Shown here: positions 12,244 through 40,380 of the stretch, piece by piece
How positions within the stretch are numbered: position 1 is the stretch's first letter
Layout: the number at the start of each line of letters is the position of its first letter
From: Ylistrum balloti
Lineage: Eukaryota
NCBI RefSeq assembly: GCF_031769215.1
Contig: NW_026782663.1
Coordinates: forward strand, 62,001-126,000
Length of the DNA stretch: 64,000 nt
Direction: 5' to 3'
Position numbers and translations under genes: made by a program
Notes under the pieces: model-generated
Seen by the model: only the letters and a program-made list of their open reading frames with translations
Told to the model about the DNA's origin: nothing
Database searches by the model: none

Positions 12244-15200
12244 TCACCACATAAAGGGAGCTCTTTCCCGTAGCATGCGAACACTGAACTGACGCCACTC
12301 GTGCTGTTTGATCCAGAGTTCCTGCGTTGTGTCCAGACAGGCTAATACAGATGCTCCTTTCCAACAGGTGATGGTTGGGTCCATGTCCTACAGTGCAGGA
12401 AAATATGGAGAAACAATGTGGTACAAGTACAGTACTACAGTGTATCATAGAAGGCCTCCAATTTTATTGTATGAAGTATTCATTTTTGTTGTAAGAAAGT
12501 GTTAAAGAAACACGTTTGTGAAATAAATAAACTGGTCACTTGAATGAAGGGTGGAGTCTTATTACAAGTTGGCATGAAAAACATGTTACTTATAGGTTAA
12601 ATTGAGGCGATCCCATATGCAGGATATGAATAATCATTCAGGACTTCATTCTATAACAACTAAAGAAAAATAACTGAAGTTTTAAGTATACATGTATGTA
12701 TTGTATGATGACAGAAGGGTATGATATAATCACCTTCTGTCGTGTGAGGACATCCATTGTCTCTAACATGAGTCTGTACTGAGGAGGCATGCCCACCCAG
12801 ACTCTGTACTGTAACCATTGCTGGGCTTCCTCAAACATCATCCCCCCTCCTACTACAATGATACAACTGTACATCTTTTTCTTCACCTCATCACTCCCTG
12901 AGAAATAAATGATAAACATACAAACAGCTTTTAATTTTCCAAGTCATATTAAATACATGTAATAATTAAACAAAGAATGAATAAATTGACCAATAAACAT
13001 CCTCTTTAGTTCACTTTACTTCCTGCTTTTTGTATGTGGTTTTCTCATTGTAATTCAATTTTTCCATTTTATCTTAAAGAAAATATATAAAACAACAGGC
13101 ATACTGTAAAATTTTATATTTTGTGAGGCTCAACTTTCATGGTTTTTTCAAAAAGTAGTGATTTCATGGGCACTTGATGTTGTAGATTTATTAAATGAAG
13201 CCCACTATTACTTGTGCTAATCTTAACAGTTCTTGGGCATATACATTCATTGACTGAAAGTACCTAAGAAATGAATGAAAATAAAGACCACAAAAAATTA
13301 AAAACTTAACAGTAGTCTGTAACAGTTCTCTTGAACAATAAACTTCTTTGTAATACTTCATTACTATTTTTCAGAGTAGATAAATTGAAAATTTTATTTT
13401 AACAGTGCTGAAAAAGGAAGGACATAGGTAATACTATAAACCTCCCCCATCCATAACATAGCAGGAGCATAAAATTGCCAACAACAAGTTCTAAACTTCT
13501 CACCACATCTGTCAATGCTTTGTAGGATGGCCTGGTCTACTCCCATTAGTTGTAATACTGGCTCAGACTCCATCTCCTGTTCCTCCTCAATGTCGAGTCG
13601 TCGTGTTCCCTTGTTGATGTCACCAGTTACTTGGAGATTGTCTGGAGCATCATTGGAGTCCTCATCCATCTGTTGTTGGACCTGTGCATCATCCAGTTGT
13701 CCTAGGTTGGCCTCAGAGTTGTCTCTACTCATCTCTGTATTGTCTTTCTTCTTCGCAAGCTTTGCCTGAAATATTTTTTAATAAAAACCACTTTTTTATG
13801 AGAAATGAACCCAGGCATTTGCCATATTGAGAGTTTCTAATTAAAGAATAAATCAAATGCATGTATGAGTTTTCAAAACTGAACAAATTCTGATGCATAG
13901 GTAATTTTTTTAATGGAAATCAAATCAACATAAAAACATGTCTGAATTTGTTGAAACATTTTCTTTTAAAATATTAAGAATTTGAAAGGGTCTTTTAGAT
14001 AAAGAAAATACCAAATTGCATTTAAGTGGCTTCCCTAGTTCATAGAAGTATTGTTTATATCTAAAAAAGGAAACATTTATAAATTCTTTATAAATTACAA
14101 AGTATATCTATTCTTTATTTTGAAAGGTATTTCAAAATATTAAATAAATACAAGAAATGTTTTTAGAAAATTGTGCACTTAAGAAACCTTCAAAAACCCT
14201 TCCAATGAAGTATGAATCAAGAGAAGATGAGTTCCATTACCTCCCTGGAAGTGGTCTGCCGGAGAAAGAACTCGTCATGAGGATCCTGTGGGTCCCCATC
14301 TGAGCGACTCTGAACATGGATGAGATTTGACCCTTGTAGACCCAACATGTCTGGGAAAAACAGACTCATCGGGGCCAGTATTGTCTCATCTCCAAATTTC
14401 ATGGCATACTTAATGATATTCTGTTCTGGTTTTCTAATCAGTATTGACCTGTCCTTCACTCCGAAATTGTCCTGAAATAATTGATTGATTTAAAGAATTG
14501 CAAATTTTCAGTCTTAAACATCCATCTTTTCATGTTTCTTGGAGTAAATTTCACACTTTAAACACAGTTCATTAAATTGTTACATAAAACAAAGGAAACC
14601 ACCAAATCAGAGTAGAGAGGGCTGTGACCTTAGCTTTCTGCAAAACCACACTGGGTAAGGATCAGACAACACACCTGATACCTTCACTAAGATTGTAACA
14701 CTAACCTGGTCTAAATGGCAGTAGGACTCTTTGTACTCCTGTAGTAGTAATCCATCTATTGTATTTCTGGGGTCAAGTTCACGTGGGCTGAAACCAGACT
14801 TCCCTAGTAACCAATGAAAACACCTTGTGATGTCACTTCCTCCATACTCCATTGTTATTCTGTCACATAATATAAAAAAAGTTAGTGGGATCCTTTTAAA
14901 TGGGAAAACAAGATGAATTACAACACAACAACAGAGTTTCATCTTTTGTTCAAGTATAGCAGTTATTAAATGCTGTTTTCAAAATATTCAAGACTGTCAG
15001 ATAGCCATATCCCAATTTTCATATCCCAATCTTAGTTGCCTTTATTTCACACAATTTACAAAGGCATTACACTTTATAGAAATTAGAACACCAACACATT
15101 CTGAAGTTATCACCCTGTTTCACTGTTTATGACCAGATATATCACTTCATCTTGCAACTGTCAGAATACACCTGCAAAATATTTTTGCTGTATTCATTGC

Positions 15201-18200
15201 ATGTGCATTAAATTGACAAAGTTACTTTCTGATTTACTTAAAAGTTTCATTCACATGTATTAATAACTGCTTAAATAAGCTATTTTATTTCCTGTTAAAT
15301 TTGTGTAATTGCTTTTTATATCCACTGATGTGTGGAAATGTATTTCCAAGCAAGCAATTATTTTGAAATGTGTCATCAGGTGCAATTCCGTGTAACATCA
15401 ATGACAGGTTAACAAATACTGCATAGTCCTAAAAAACCATTGAAGTTTTGTTAGTCTGAATTTTAAAGGTCAGTTTCTTAAAATATATACCAAATTTTAG
15501 CTTGGGACAGAAAGGCCAAAGTGGCACATCAAAGGCTTGCAACTTGTGCAATTTTTCACCCTCACCAACTATGTATTCTCTATCTGAGAGGTTAGCACAT
15601 AGATGGTGTCTAATATTTCTGGTTACTTAAGAATCTTAAGAACTGCCCTCTTTAGCTTTTTTTCTCTCTGATTTCTCCTATATTTTTCTTTTAATTTTCT
15701 CTAAAAAGGTAAGATAAATCATTTCAGAATATGTGTCATATTCATGGAGGAAGGTATGAAATATAGAAAATGTGATCCGGCAGCTGGATTCCCAAAGGCC
15801 ACCTCAGAAGATTTCTTTGTTTCTCATGAAAGAGGAAATGCTATCTGGTTCAGTATGCTCTGATATTGCAATAAACTTCCACAACTTTAACATAATATAC
15901 ATGATATACATATGTATTTTACATCTGATATACATATAAAGTTAATATATAACTTGACTTTACATAATATTTAAGGTTTGAAAATAATTATGAATAGTAA
16001 AAGCACATTAATATCTGGTAGAAATAAATTCCACAAACAGAATCTTAAATAGAATGTTCAGGGCTTTAGAGAGCTAAGCTATATACCTTGTGTTTTTATG
16101 AGATATTCCATCCTCCACACAACATACACTGGTCTTTTGGTCACCCACATCTACTACACAGGCGCTGCCTACCCCAGCACCAAATGTGGCACACACAGAC
16201 TCCTGTTAAAACGCATCATAATGGTGTAAGTTTGTTATCTATCTACATCAATCATATTCAAAAGGACTTTACATAAAGATAAACAGATCTCCTTTTTGAT
16301 GATACATCGTAAATTGTCTTTTACTTCTGGAGAATAAACAGCAGCATCTTATCATTATCATATCTATCCAAGGAAAGAACATTTATGGTATGTCTTTGCA
16401 AAATCCTCATCTACAGAAATTACAAAGAAATATACTCTATATATATACATGTATACTGAATACCACCATATCCATTGATAAGTCCATGAATGGTAATAAG
16501 CCCATCAACTTATTTTCAATTTTCACAAAATATACTTATATTTAAATGATACATTTTCATCCTGTAAAAAGTCAACCTTCCTTCAGGCAGGGGCATTGTG
16601 TACTACTATCATTTTTGGATTAATACAGAATGAACAAGGTACTACATTTCAATCTGTTTAGTTCATTTGTGAATTATTACTAACTTGATGTACAACTGCT
16701 GCGCCAAAGCCGAGATTGTCTAGCAAAACATTCATCATGTGTTTGACATGTTGATGGTTGTACACATCTGGTATCAGGAGGAGAGCTTTATAGAGCTGTC
16801 AACAAACATTGTTGATAGATTATGTAATGTAGTACAAAAACACTTTTATATTTAGCAATTAAAAAATAATGCATTTCTAATATTAATTTACATAATACAT
16901 GAAACCTGTTCTTGTAATCTTAAAACTTTTTAAATCATAAACATACACATTTCTGTCGCTACAAACAATATGCATTTTATGAGCAGACATGACAAGAAGC
17001 CAAAAGCAAACTGTAAAGAGATTGCGTGACTTTGTATGAATATTCTTGACAGGAGTATAAAAACCTTGAGATCTTTCAGAGGGATGTCTAGCAACGTTTG
17101 GATGGCCTGTCCCCATATCATCTCGATATCGGCCATGACAGCAGTCAGTGTTCCTCCTGGTCCATTGTGGACATTTAATTGTCCCCCACGCATCGGCCAG
17201 TGAAGGCGATAGTTGTCTGATGGGTTCAAGTATAATGCCTGAAAGGATATTAACCATGATTCAAACAAACATTCTAGTGAATAAACAATACATCATTTGT
17301 GCACCTGTCATATTTTATGAGCTCATTTGAAAATCTATAAAACTTGATGCAAGATGGTAATTACTTTGTGGCATATTTCCATCTTTGTTATAATATTGTA
17401 TACAGGGAAATTGTACCACAGTCACACTTTGACCTGTTTCACTCTCTTGCCAATAGGCAATAGAAATATCTATTTATGTATTTAAGGGTGGCTTTAACCC
17501 TAAGTGAAAGTAAAGAGTTTTGTAAAAGGGCAAAAATAACCTGGACAAATGTTTCCCCACATAAAGTACTTAAGATAAATAAAATTCAATATATATGTAT
17601 GAAAAGAAAAGTTTACGACAGTCAACAGGATTCATCAAAACATATAAGTAAGTAGTTCATTTGATTATTGATTTATTTCAGTTCAGGGTTGTTAAAAAAT
17701 TTTGCAATATGATAAAAAAATTCTTTTTTAAATAAACTGTACCTTTGATATGAAAATTGACCCCTTTACAGTGAATGTGTCTCTATCACTGATGAGTAAC
17801 TTTATTCCAGATTATTTTGAGGCTGTAATAAACTGCAGTTATATTTTGCTCGGGAAAATTTTTACAGTTATTAACCTCAATGAACTTCACTGTACTTACC
17901 AACTGATTTTTTGTATATATGTGATACAATGTATACTACTACTATTGTGTAGAAATACAAACTGTAATGGCTGCAGTAATTATGTAATGAAGTAAACAAA
18001 TCTAAAGTTATTTGAAAAATTGAAAAAAAGAGAGATCTCAGAAAGAATAAATTTCAAGATACATGTTAATGCAAATGTATATTTAAAATACAAATAGAAG
18101 GGAAATATATATATATATATATATAGGTGTATAAATTTCTAGTAATATTCGGACAATTCTTTGCCTAATTCTGTTTTTATGACCAGGACAAATTAAAGAT

Positions 18201-20262
18201 AACTTGTCTCCTGTGTACTCACCTCTTCTCCTATTATATATGGTAAAGTCTGGTCAATAGTAGTCCACTTATGAGGACAGATTACTTCAGTCAGCTGTCC
18301 CCGTACATTACTGTTGTGTGAATATAGCTACAAGGCAGGAAACATAACCATGGATAAAATACTCATTCTATCATGTATGTATTTTCTTACAACATTGGAA
18401 GATACATTGATGTCTTCATAAACATGTATAGTTTTTAGAAATAGCAATATAAAAGTGAAACTAATGCGTATTAGCAGTTTCAGTTTAGTATTCTAACAAA
18501 TAAACATAAATATTTGTTTATAAACACATATAAGAGTTTTTCAACAGAAAATCCAAATACAAAGCTCAGTTTAGCCTGTACAAACATCTCACCTTACAAC
18601 CCAATTTCACTTTACAAGTACACACAGATATATAAGGCTTTCAATAACTTTCATGAATTCAACAAAAATAGAGTTATAATAGTATATCATATTGCTTCCC
18701 TGTTCTTGTGTAAACAAATCTTCTCCTCTGAATAAAAACACTTGTTCATGACTACTACATTGTGTGTTTTCTGGTTGTTCCACATTAGAAGCAAATATTT
18801 TCTTCTAAATAGATCTACTTATTTATTACCAACCAGTTTGTGTGATGTAGGCTGTCTGTATTCCCCTGTAGAAGTTGGTTTGTAAGCCAGGGCCTCCTCA
18901 GCTTGTTTTAGTCCTTGTCTTTGCTGGTGTTTACTATCTGGATGCTGTGGACATTGAACGGAGAAAAGAATATATCTCAATTTTCTATCTTAATTATGTA
19001 TTCATAAGTAATAAACCATATCTCAAGTAAGTTATGAACTAGTCTCTTATGTATGTATCTACCAACTAAGCCGAAGAAGTAAACTCAATGAGACAGAGAC
19101 TCTCCAGACAGTAATAAGTACAGTTAGTGTATCACTAAGGGAAACATCATTATCTTAATAGAAGTTATAAATTCCTAAATAAAATACTTAACAGATGTTC
19201 GGATGATAAGAGACCATTATTATTTACAAGTACATGTCAATGTTAAGTTGTACATTTGTGTATGTATTTGTGACAGTAAAAGCAACGGACAGACTCCCTT
19301 CGGTAATTCAACGGCCATAATTACAATGTAGCTTATACCATTTGTTTAAATTACCTGGCATTCTGGACGTAGAATCCAAGGTGTAGACTGAAGTGGTTTA
19401 CTGGGGTCCTTCTTTTTACGGGCAATACAGTGCGGAATTGTGATAGGAAGTCCATCTGCAGCTCTACCAATTCTTAAGTTGTAAGACCCCGGTTGAATAA
19501 CAACAATGGTTGCTGTTTGCACAGGCTGTAAATTCAACATATTAACAAATAAAAACAAGTCAACGAATTTTGGTGAACACATAATTGAACCATTGAGTCA
19601 AGATTTCTTACACACACTGATTACATTGTACTTGTTTTAATTTAGCTTTTAAATTTTATGTTTGTCTCGATTTAATTATTTTTACAATATATAAATTGTA
19701 GATTATAGTGACAGTCAAAGGTAGTTAGACTAGGTTTTACTCTGTCTCACAATATGAAACATTTATGCATGAAATTCAGTCGTGTACACAAGTAAGTTTT
19801 TCGTTTAATTATTTATGTATATATAATAAATCATATTGTATATTCTACAAATATACCTGTACACCTACATTCATATGTTTGATAGGTGAATGCAAAAAGT
19901 ACACTTTTTCATACATGCTGTCATTTTGTCTAATTTTTTGTTTCCGTATTGTTTTTTTTTTTTTTTGTGGTTTTTTTTTGGGGGGGATGGGTGGGTGTTA
20001 CTTCCTATAATATAACCTTGTCATAGTGTAACAGTAAGATATCATAAAGAATCAAAGGACGTTGTAAATTATCATTTATCGGCTTTCTGCTGTAAACAGC
20101 TACAATGTATATGTTTCAAGTATAGATCAGAGGTATATACCAGCCTCGTCTGACAAGCGCCGTTATGTGTACACCTACATTGCAGTTTAGTAATTCATGA
20201 CATACCTCTGAAGCAGGATCTGGTGCCTGTGTGTAAAGTCGTTTTGCAGCAGGAGTTGGCAT
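12244..20262 (-). CDS. ACTR8: Actin-related protein 8 (INO80 complex subunit); 12 coding exons, 599 aa
   Basis: Exons (minus): 20262-20206, 19525-19355, 18944-18834, 18327-18223, 17238-17065, 16795-16685, 16202-16087, 14859-14706, 14471-14241, 13765-13504, 12897-12734, 12387-12244; total 1800 nt, phases consistent. Diagnostic ARP8 segments: IVVIQPGSYNLRIGRA, HWPMRGGQLNVHNGPGGTLTAV, VVDVGDQKTSVCCVEDG, GDPQDPHDE, and the C-terminus CLDTTQELWI...RMLRERAPFMW. Confidence 0.97.
13102..13314. mobile_element. Tc1/mariner-type MITE in an ACTR8 intron
   Basis: Begins TA-CTGTAAA and ends TTAACAG-TA, i.e. short imperfect TIRs flanked by TA. Internal TTTCATGG repeats resemble the common mollusc TTTCGTGG MITE family. 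Confidence 0.6.
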
Positions 20263-20819
20263 TTTATTTGCGTTTATTCTTCATTTAATCAAACACATGT
20301 TGCTGTCTTTTTGCAGTCAATAGTGAAATACGTCATCAGTTAATGTGCACTTACAAATGAAAGTGGGGTGAAATCTTGTACACTCCTTCTACAACCGGAC
20401 CAGACCCGTACCATAAGAAATAGTTATCAGGTTTATTTGTTAAAAAAAACGGCCTCTTTTCCGTTGAATGTTTTTGTTTACATAAATTACATTTTAAATA
20501 TATCACTGAATATTTTAATTGGCTGTGCAAAATAAAAACTCCAAAGCGTCATTTCATAAAATCCCACTAATTTACTCGTTTGTCACAATAAACTTCAAGG
20601 CACGTGAATCTTTAAGCATATTGTCAATAAATCTGTCGTTTTAATCAAATATTCATTCTCTATACTATTCAACATATCACAAACTCAAAGTTACCAAAAT
20701 AGGACACTTTTAATGTATTTGATCCAGATAATGAATGTTTTGAATAAGTTGTAAGCAAGTTGAGCAATTTCATGATACCTACTTCTTGTACCGCGTACTG
20801 TTGCGTATTAGACTAACTA

Positions 20820-21135
20820 TAAACATTTAGAGAAGGGACAATGATTTGTGAATATATGCGGGAAATGGTACCGTACACATAAAAAACAACCTGTAATTGG
20901 GAAAATAGCTACCATTAATTATATTTAGAGAAAGGAGGATGAATAGCTAAAATTAATTTTATTTAGAGAAGGGGAAATTATATGCGAAAAATACGTGGGA
21001 ATTGGTATCGTACAAAAAACCCACTATGATTGTGAAAATGCTAAAATTTATTATATTTAGAGAACGGAAAATGATTGGTACCGTTCACAAAAAAACATGA
21101 TGGGGGAAAAATAGCTAAAATTAATTTTAGAACGA
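20820..21135. repeat. Degenerate tandem repeat upstream of ACTR8
   Basis: Repeated TTTAGAGAA(G/A)GG, TGGTA(C/T)CGTAC and AATAGCTAAAATTAATT blocks, 3-4 copies each. Confidence 0.6.
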
Positions 21136-22099
21136 CAAAATGACTAAGAAAAAATACAAACATTTCCAAATGAAATTGTCAGTGTTTTTGTTTTTCTTTC
21201 AAACAAATTTTTTGTAATGAAGTGTTCGATTTCCGGTACTGTCGCCATCAAGTCACGTGGCTTTATTAGCCATAAGGCTGCACAGATGAAAGCAAACTAA
21301 TGTACTATTTCATGTTAGTTATATCCCTTCAAGGGATAAATAAACAATTGAAATATTATGATTTTACTGAAAAGAGACCCAATTTTTCAATTTGAACTTG
21401 TTTATTTACATTTAGATATTATTATAAATATGATGTAGGTTTTATATATCTTTTACTATCTGAAAACTAAGTATTATCTTAGATACTGTAAACTTCTGCC
21501 ATCCCTCTCACCCCCTTCCACCCCGAATATATTGGACGAGTCTGTTTTTGGCCTTTTGTTTGTTAACCCACATTTTGATAAAAGTGTTATTCTCTTATGA
21601 CCGACGTAATCGATAGAAACTGTTGATTATTTATAAAGTTATGTAAATTATCATTGTGTATAAATGTTTAGTGTATATCGGTATCAAGGATAATCAGACA
21701 GATACATATATAAAATGCAATATCAAGCAATTTTGAAATATCTTCATTTTCGTTTGGAAAGTCGGACTTGATTAACTACCGTTAGTTTTATAGTATACAG
21801 TACAGTGTGTAAATCACTAAATACTTTATTTCAATAAATTGTGTAAACTTCACCAAAATAAGATAATTTATTACATAAGATCGACGAAATTGTAGTGAAG
21901 TCGGTATATTCTTTGGAGTTTTTGAAGAACACTGTAATTAGTTTTTTTCCATCTATGAGCTCTTCAATAAATTCAGCCTGGTATAAAACAGCAATAGGTC
22001 AGTCAGGAGAGGAAGACAGTAGTTTAGTTTAAGTAATGTGGACCAGTTTAGTCGCTAAGCTTAACGAATGTACATTCGTATATATTTCCTAATCATACA

Positions 22100-22400
22100 T
22101 CTATACCGCGGTGCACCCTTCATGAGTGCAAAGGCTCGCTAAGATATACAACAAACTCTATAATATTTTCATTTCACTCCTGTTGAAGGGTTCATTAAAA
22201 ACCTAATCAGGTATTAAACTTGATATTATGAACTGAATTAAATCTATCCACGAGCTCAACAAAATTCCATTGCAATAGTGGTAAAAAGTGTCCTCTTGAA
22301 CATTGGCGGATAACTTAAAAATGATTTTAAAAAGTACAGATTGATAGCTTGATCAATCTCTGCACGGACGTATGGACAGAACGATTAACATAAACCTGTA
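22100..22400 (+). mobile_element. Degenerate HINE-like non-autonomous element
   Basis: GTGCACCCTTCATGAGTGCAAAGGCTCGC head and ACGGACGTATGGACAGA microsatellite-like tail, an architecture recalled for bivalve HINEs. Confidence 0.4.
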
Positions 22401-23559
22401 ACTAATCAAGTGAGGGTAGACAACAATCCTGATTTGATAGCGTACTAAGAACAGTAGTAAGAAGTAAAATAAAACGTTAACAATGATATATTGCCGTGGA
22501 AAGTTAGCGACCTTATAAAGATGGATGTCGTTATCATAATCCTTTAATTTTAAAGATTGTTTTACTGAAGTGACCTATTGACCTTTAGTATTTCGTCTTT
22601 GAAATGATTGGATAATGAGTAGACGGGCTTTCGTTGTAGACAGGGAAGGTAATAGTGTTTACAGATCAAGATGTTAGATAACGTACCTGCAGAAACAAGA
22701 AAGTATCTGTAATACAAATTGTTACAACTAGGGTGGTCTTCAAACTAGGATCTTACTATATCAAAAGTAATTATCAAAAACTAGATATCACTTCTAGTTA
22801 CAAAGCCAGATCCTTCTCAACCAAGAAATCAATATTTCACATAGCAACGACATGGTATCAACGATTTTATGTAAAAGAATTACATTAGTCTGCCATGTCA
22901 CATTTTACTTCTGATAAAAATCGTTGCGAGTCGTCTTAAAAAAAGTCATTTTAAATCTAAATACATATCCCAACACCCATGATCAAATACATATCTAACA
23001 CCCATTATAAAAGTATTTCTGTTACCGTGTGTAAACATTAAAAGATCCACTATCCAAATTTCAAGTGAGTAATTTGAAAATGATAGCACACAAAACAAAA
23101 TCGTCACGAAAAGTTTTATTATTTTTTATTTCCTTTTTTAACTGTTCTTTTAGTATGTATTTTATGTTTGGCAGTACATAAATATTAAAGATGATGCCTT
23201 TTATAGACAACCACAAGACATTTGGTATGCAGATAATACAATATCATCATCAACACACAATCACATACAAAAAGTCATCATCACGGAGTTCCTAAGAAAT
23301 GTTCCATTTTAATCATTTTTATATATAATATAAATAAAAAAATTAATGACTTGCATATATAAAATGACCATTCTAATGTTCCAAATTCAACCCGTTCCAT
23401 AAACTAGCTGCAAAAAAATGTCATCTGAAACTGTTTTGAGCAATCTTATGTACCAATTTCAGCACAGGTTTCCTCGAAACTTTCAAGATGGCAAGATTGT
23501 CCAGTCCCATTTGCGTTGTTAAATTACATTCACATTTTTAAACATAAAAAATACGTAAA

Positions 23560-37333
<13,774 letters not shown>

Positions 37334-37789
37334 GATGTTAATTTCGTTTAAGCCAGATCTGTAAACAAGAACAAATTGAAATGAAATTCGTCTCATATCA
37401 TGTACATGTATTAAAGTATTTATATTGCAAAAGCTATTACATGTGAAGTGTATCTTGATATTGTATAGATAGACTCACACTGTAAGCCATACATAACGTC
37501 TCTGTTGTATTATTCACTTAAATGTTTCTACAATTGTACATGTTCAGTAAGGCACACAAATGTGTGCATTTAATGCATGGTGCCGAAGGCGTGTTTCTTT
37601 GACTATTTTGTTCTGTTAATCTGTTTAAATGTTATGGCATTAAGGAGACGATATAAATTAACAACATAACAACAGTTCAGTACATTTTGAATTAGCAAAC
37701 GACGATCGTCAAAGATTACATTTATGTCTCACCTGACAAGTAAGAAACGGGAAAACGATTCCTTGTTTTCCCTTCAGATTCTGTTTACA

Positions 37790-37803
37790 ATTTCCGTGGC
37801 AAC
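37790..37803 (-). promoter_or_regulatory. RFX X-box-like motif at the CFAP100 5' end
   Basis: The minus strand reads GTTGCCACGGAAAT, close to the X-box consensus GTTNCCATGGNAAC. It lies about 60 nt upstream of the inferred first-exon donor of a ciliary gene. Confidence 0.5.
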
Positions 37804-40380
37804 ATCATCTACGTCTACAAAACGCTTTGAATCGTAACAATTTTAAAACGCTCAGCGGATGTTGATGTCATATACTGGAAGGGTACGTAACTCTTCGTGC
37901 ATTAAGGTAACACATCCTTATTGACATTAAGGACAGACGTGAGCTGTACTACAGTGTACATGTGTACATTTATGGAAAGGAAATGTAATCATTTTAAGCA
38001 AAATATATTTCAATACCGACAGACAGATTAGATAGACCTTAAAATCAACATAAAATTTAGTTAGTTTAGATTTAAAAAACCAAGTTAATTTTTTTATTAA
38101 CTGTTACTAATGAGTTGATTTTTACAAATTAAGTTTAGTTTATTAAACTGAGTAAAGTTAAGTCAATCTCAGTTCAGTGCAGTTTAATACTTGTACCGGA
38201 CTTACAAATGTTCTCTTTAATAGACTGTACATACCCAATCAATGAAATATAGTCATATCTGGCCACGTTTACGTAAAGACTGAATTTGTGCAGGTTTATT
38301 TCATGTTTGTAAAGGGTTTACATTGCCCGGATGCTTTTTCAGGTAAATTATTCAAAATACCTCTTGTTACAGTTTTATTGAAACATGATATGAAAAATGT
38401 GCCAGTTGTATCCCGGTGTGATTAAAATTGAATTTCATGTTTATTAAAGAATGATTTTTCTTTTGTTAAAAATGACATCATATGTGACATATGCAATGAT
38501 GTGTTAATACTCAGATAGATTATAGAATATGTCATGTGATCATAAAGAGCCGTGTTAAGATATCTGAATTACACGAAAGAAGGGCCAAAACTCCGACAGT
38601 ACACACATTGACGTCATCGAGGTAAATCCTGCTTATATCTCAGAATGACAATTTAGTCACCTACTGATTTTAAATCGATCAGAAAATGAAAGTCTATCAC
38701 TATTACTGATTTGCCATAATGATATGATATGTTCACGATAACGTTGTCAGATTTGAAGGTGAAATGTACTAATTTTAGGCACCTGAAAACCAGAAAATTC
38801 AATTAATTCCTGTCTAATGTCGATTGAAGATTCAAAATAACAACTAGTTAGATGGCGGACAAAAGTTAGATAACTATAGCCATGCAATGTGTAGATGTAG
38901 TGATGATCACTTTGGCTCCAGTAGGTCATAGTGCAGGACATCTAGCCACACACTGAAGAAGATGTCCCCAGTTATACTAATTTAAGTCCCACTTAGATCC
39001 CTAGGTCAATAAAAAATAAAATAAAATAAAGTTGTATGTTTTATATGGTGAGAAATTCGGACTATCGACCACGACCAAAACAAAAATGAAATCGCCGATA
39101 GATAATCAGAACCCTTCGAACTTGATAAATATATCATAATTCACACATGCAACAATTACAAATACCTGACATATGGGCATAATTATATCCTAATTAATAT
39201 GTGATGCTTGAGCAAACATTAATTAAATAAATAATCCCTAACTACCGACCATTTCTGTTAGAAACCGGAACTTTTTTTTTCTATTTTTGTTTTGTTTTTT
39301 TTTTCTGCTTAGAAAAGGTCCTTTCTCAACATTTCGGCACGAATCGTAATAAATAGTTAATGCCATATTGACTTTGTGGAAACTTGTTAAAATATCTGGC
39401 GATTTTTTTTTTTGTAAATTGTCCTCTGACATGCTTGTTTGGTTTTTGTTTGTATTTTTCCTCATTATTGAATTCTGCCTCACATTTATGACATTTGTCC
39501 TTTTTGATCTGGTATAATTGTGTATAGCTAATATATGTCATATCTCCGATCACCATTTGTGATTTACCTTCAGCATAATGAATACCCACATCATAGATAA
39601 ACATTTACTAGAAATCACAATCATGAAATGGAACTGAAATACGCAAATCTAGTATTAAAATCAGCTACACCCAACCCCACTTATCAAGGAAATCAAGATC
39701 TATATTTAGATATGATGATGAGAGATGTGCCATCCGTAGAAGTTCTGAAATCTGAATATTTCCGAATCATTTAATCATCAAAATCGTAACAGTATGACTA
39801 ACACTAAAATACTGTTGATATGTCACGGGCCACGAAAATGTGTGTGTTTCTTTATCCAGCTGAATCATTTGGCACAAACCACACTGATGTACAAAACCAC
39901 ACTAGGAGACATACTTGGCCAATGCAATGTACATTTCAAGTTTAAGGTGAGATTTGTGAGGGCAGTGACCGTCGTGTCAACAAATCAGATAAATTGCGGT
40001 CTTTGGTCATCATGATCTATTTTTAGCATGACAGCCTTTCGCTGGCCTTTTTATTATTGTTGATTACCAGTTACGACTCACTCATCATGTAGAATTAGCT
40101 TCCTACCAGTAAGCTTTATTTTCTGAATCTAGTATTGTCTAGCTTTAAAAAAAAACGCCACTATCTTTTGCCCCTGTTTTTATTCTTTCTCCTTCACTCC
40201 CCAAACCCCTTCTATGATAACACGTCTTACGTCATCACGAAATCCGAACTTCGTAATAGTAGATAAAAGAGGGAGTAGAACCGCGTAGTTTTAAGATCGA
40301 CCTTTCAAGGTTATCGGGAGCTTATCTCGACTAACCGACTTACCACATGTTTATAAACAACCCATTACACTGAAATCGGC

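Noticed and set aside
39238-39604. Minus-strand ORFs with CHKC, suggesting a zinc finger
   Set aside because: There is no proper His pair spacing or splice context, and the sequence is A/T-run rich low-complexity intergenic DNA.
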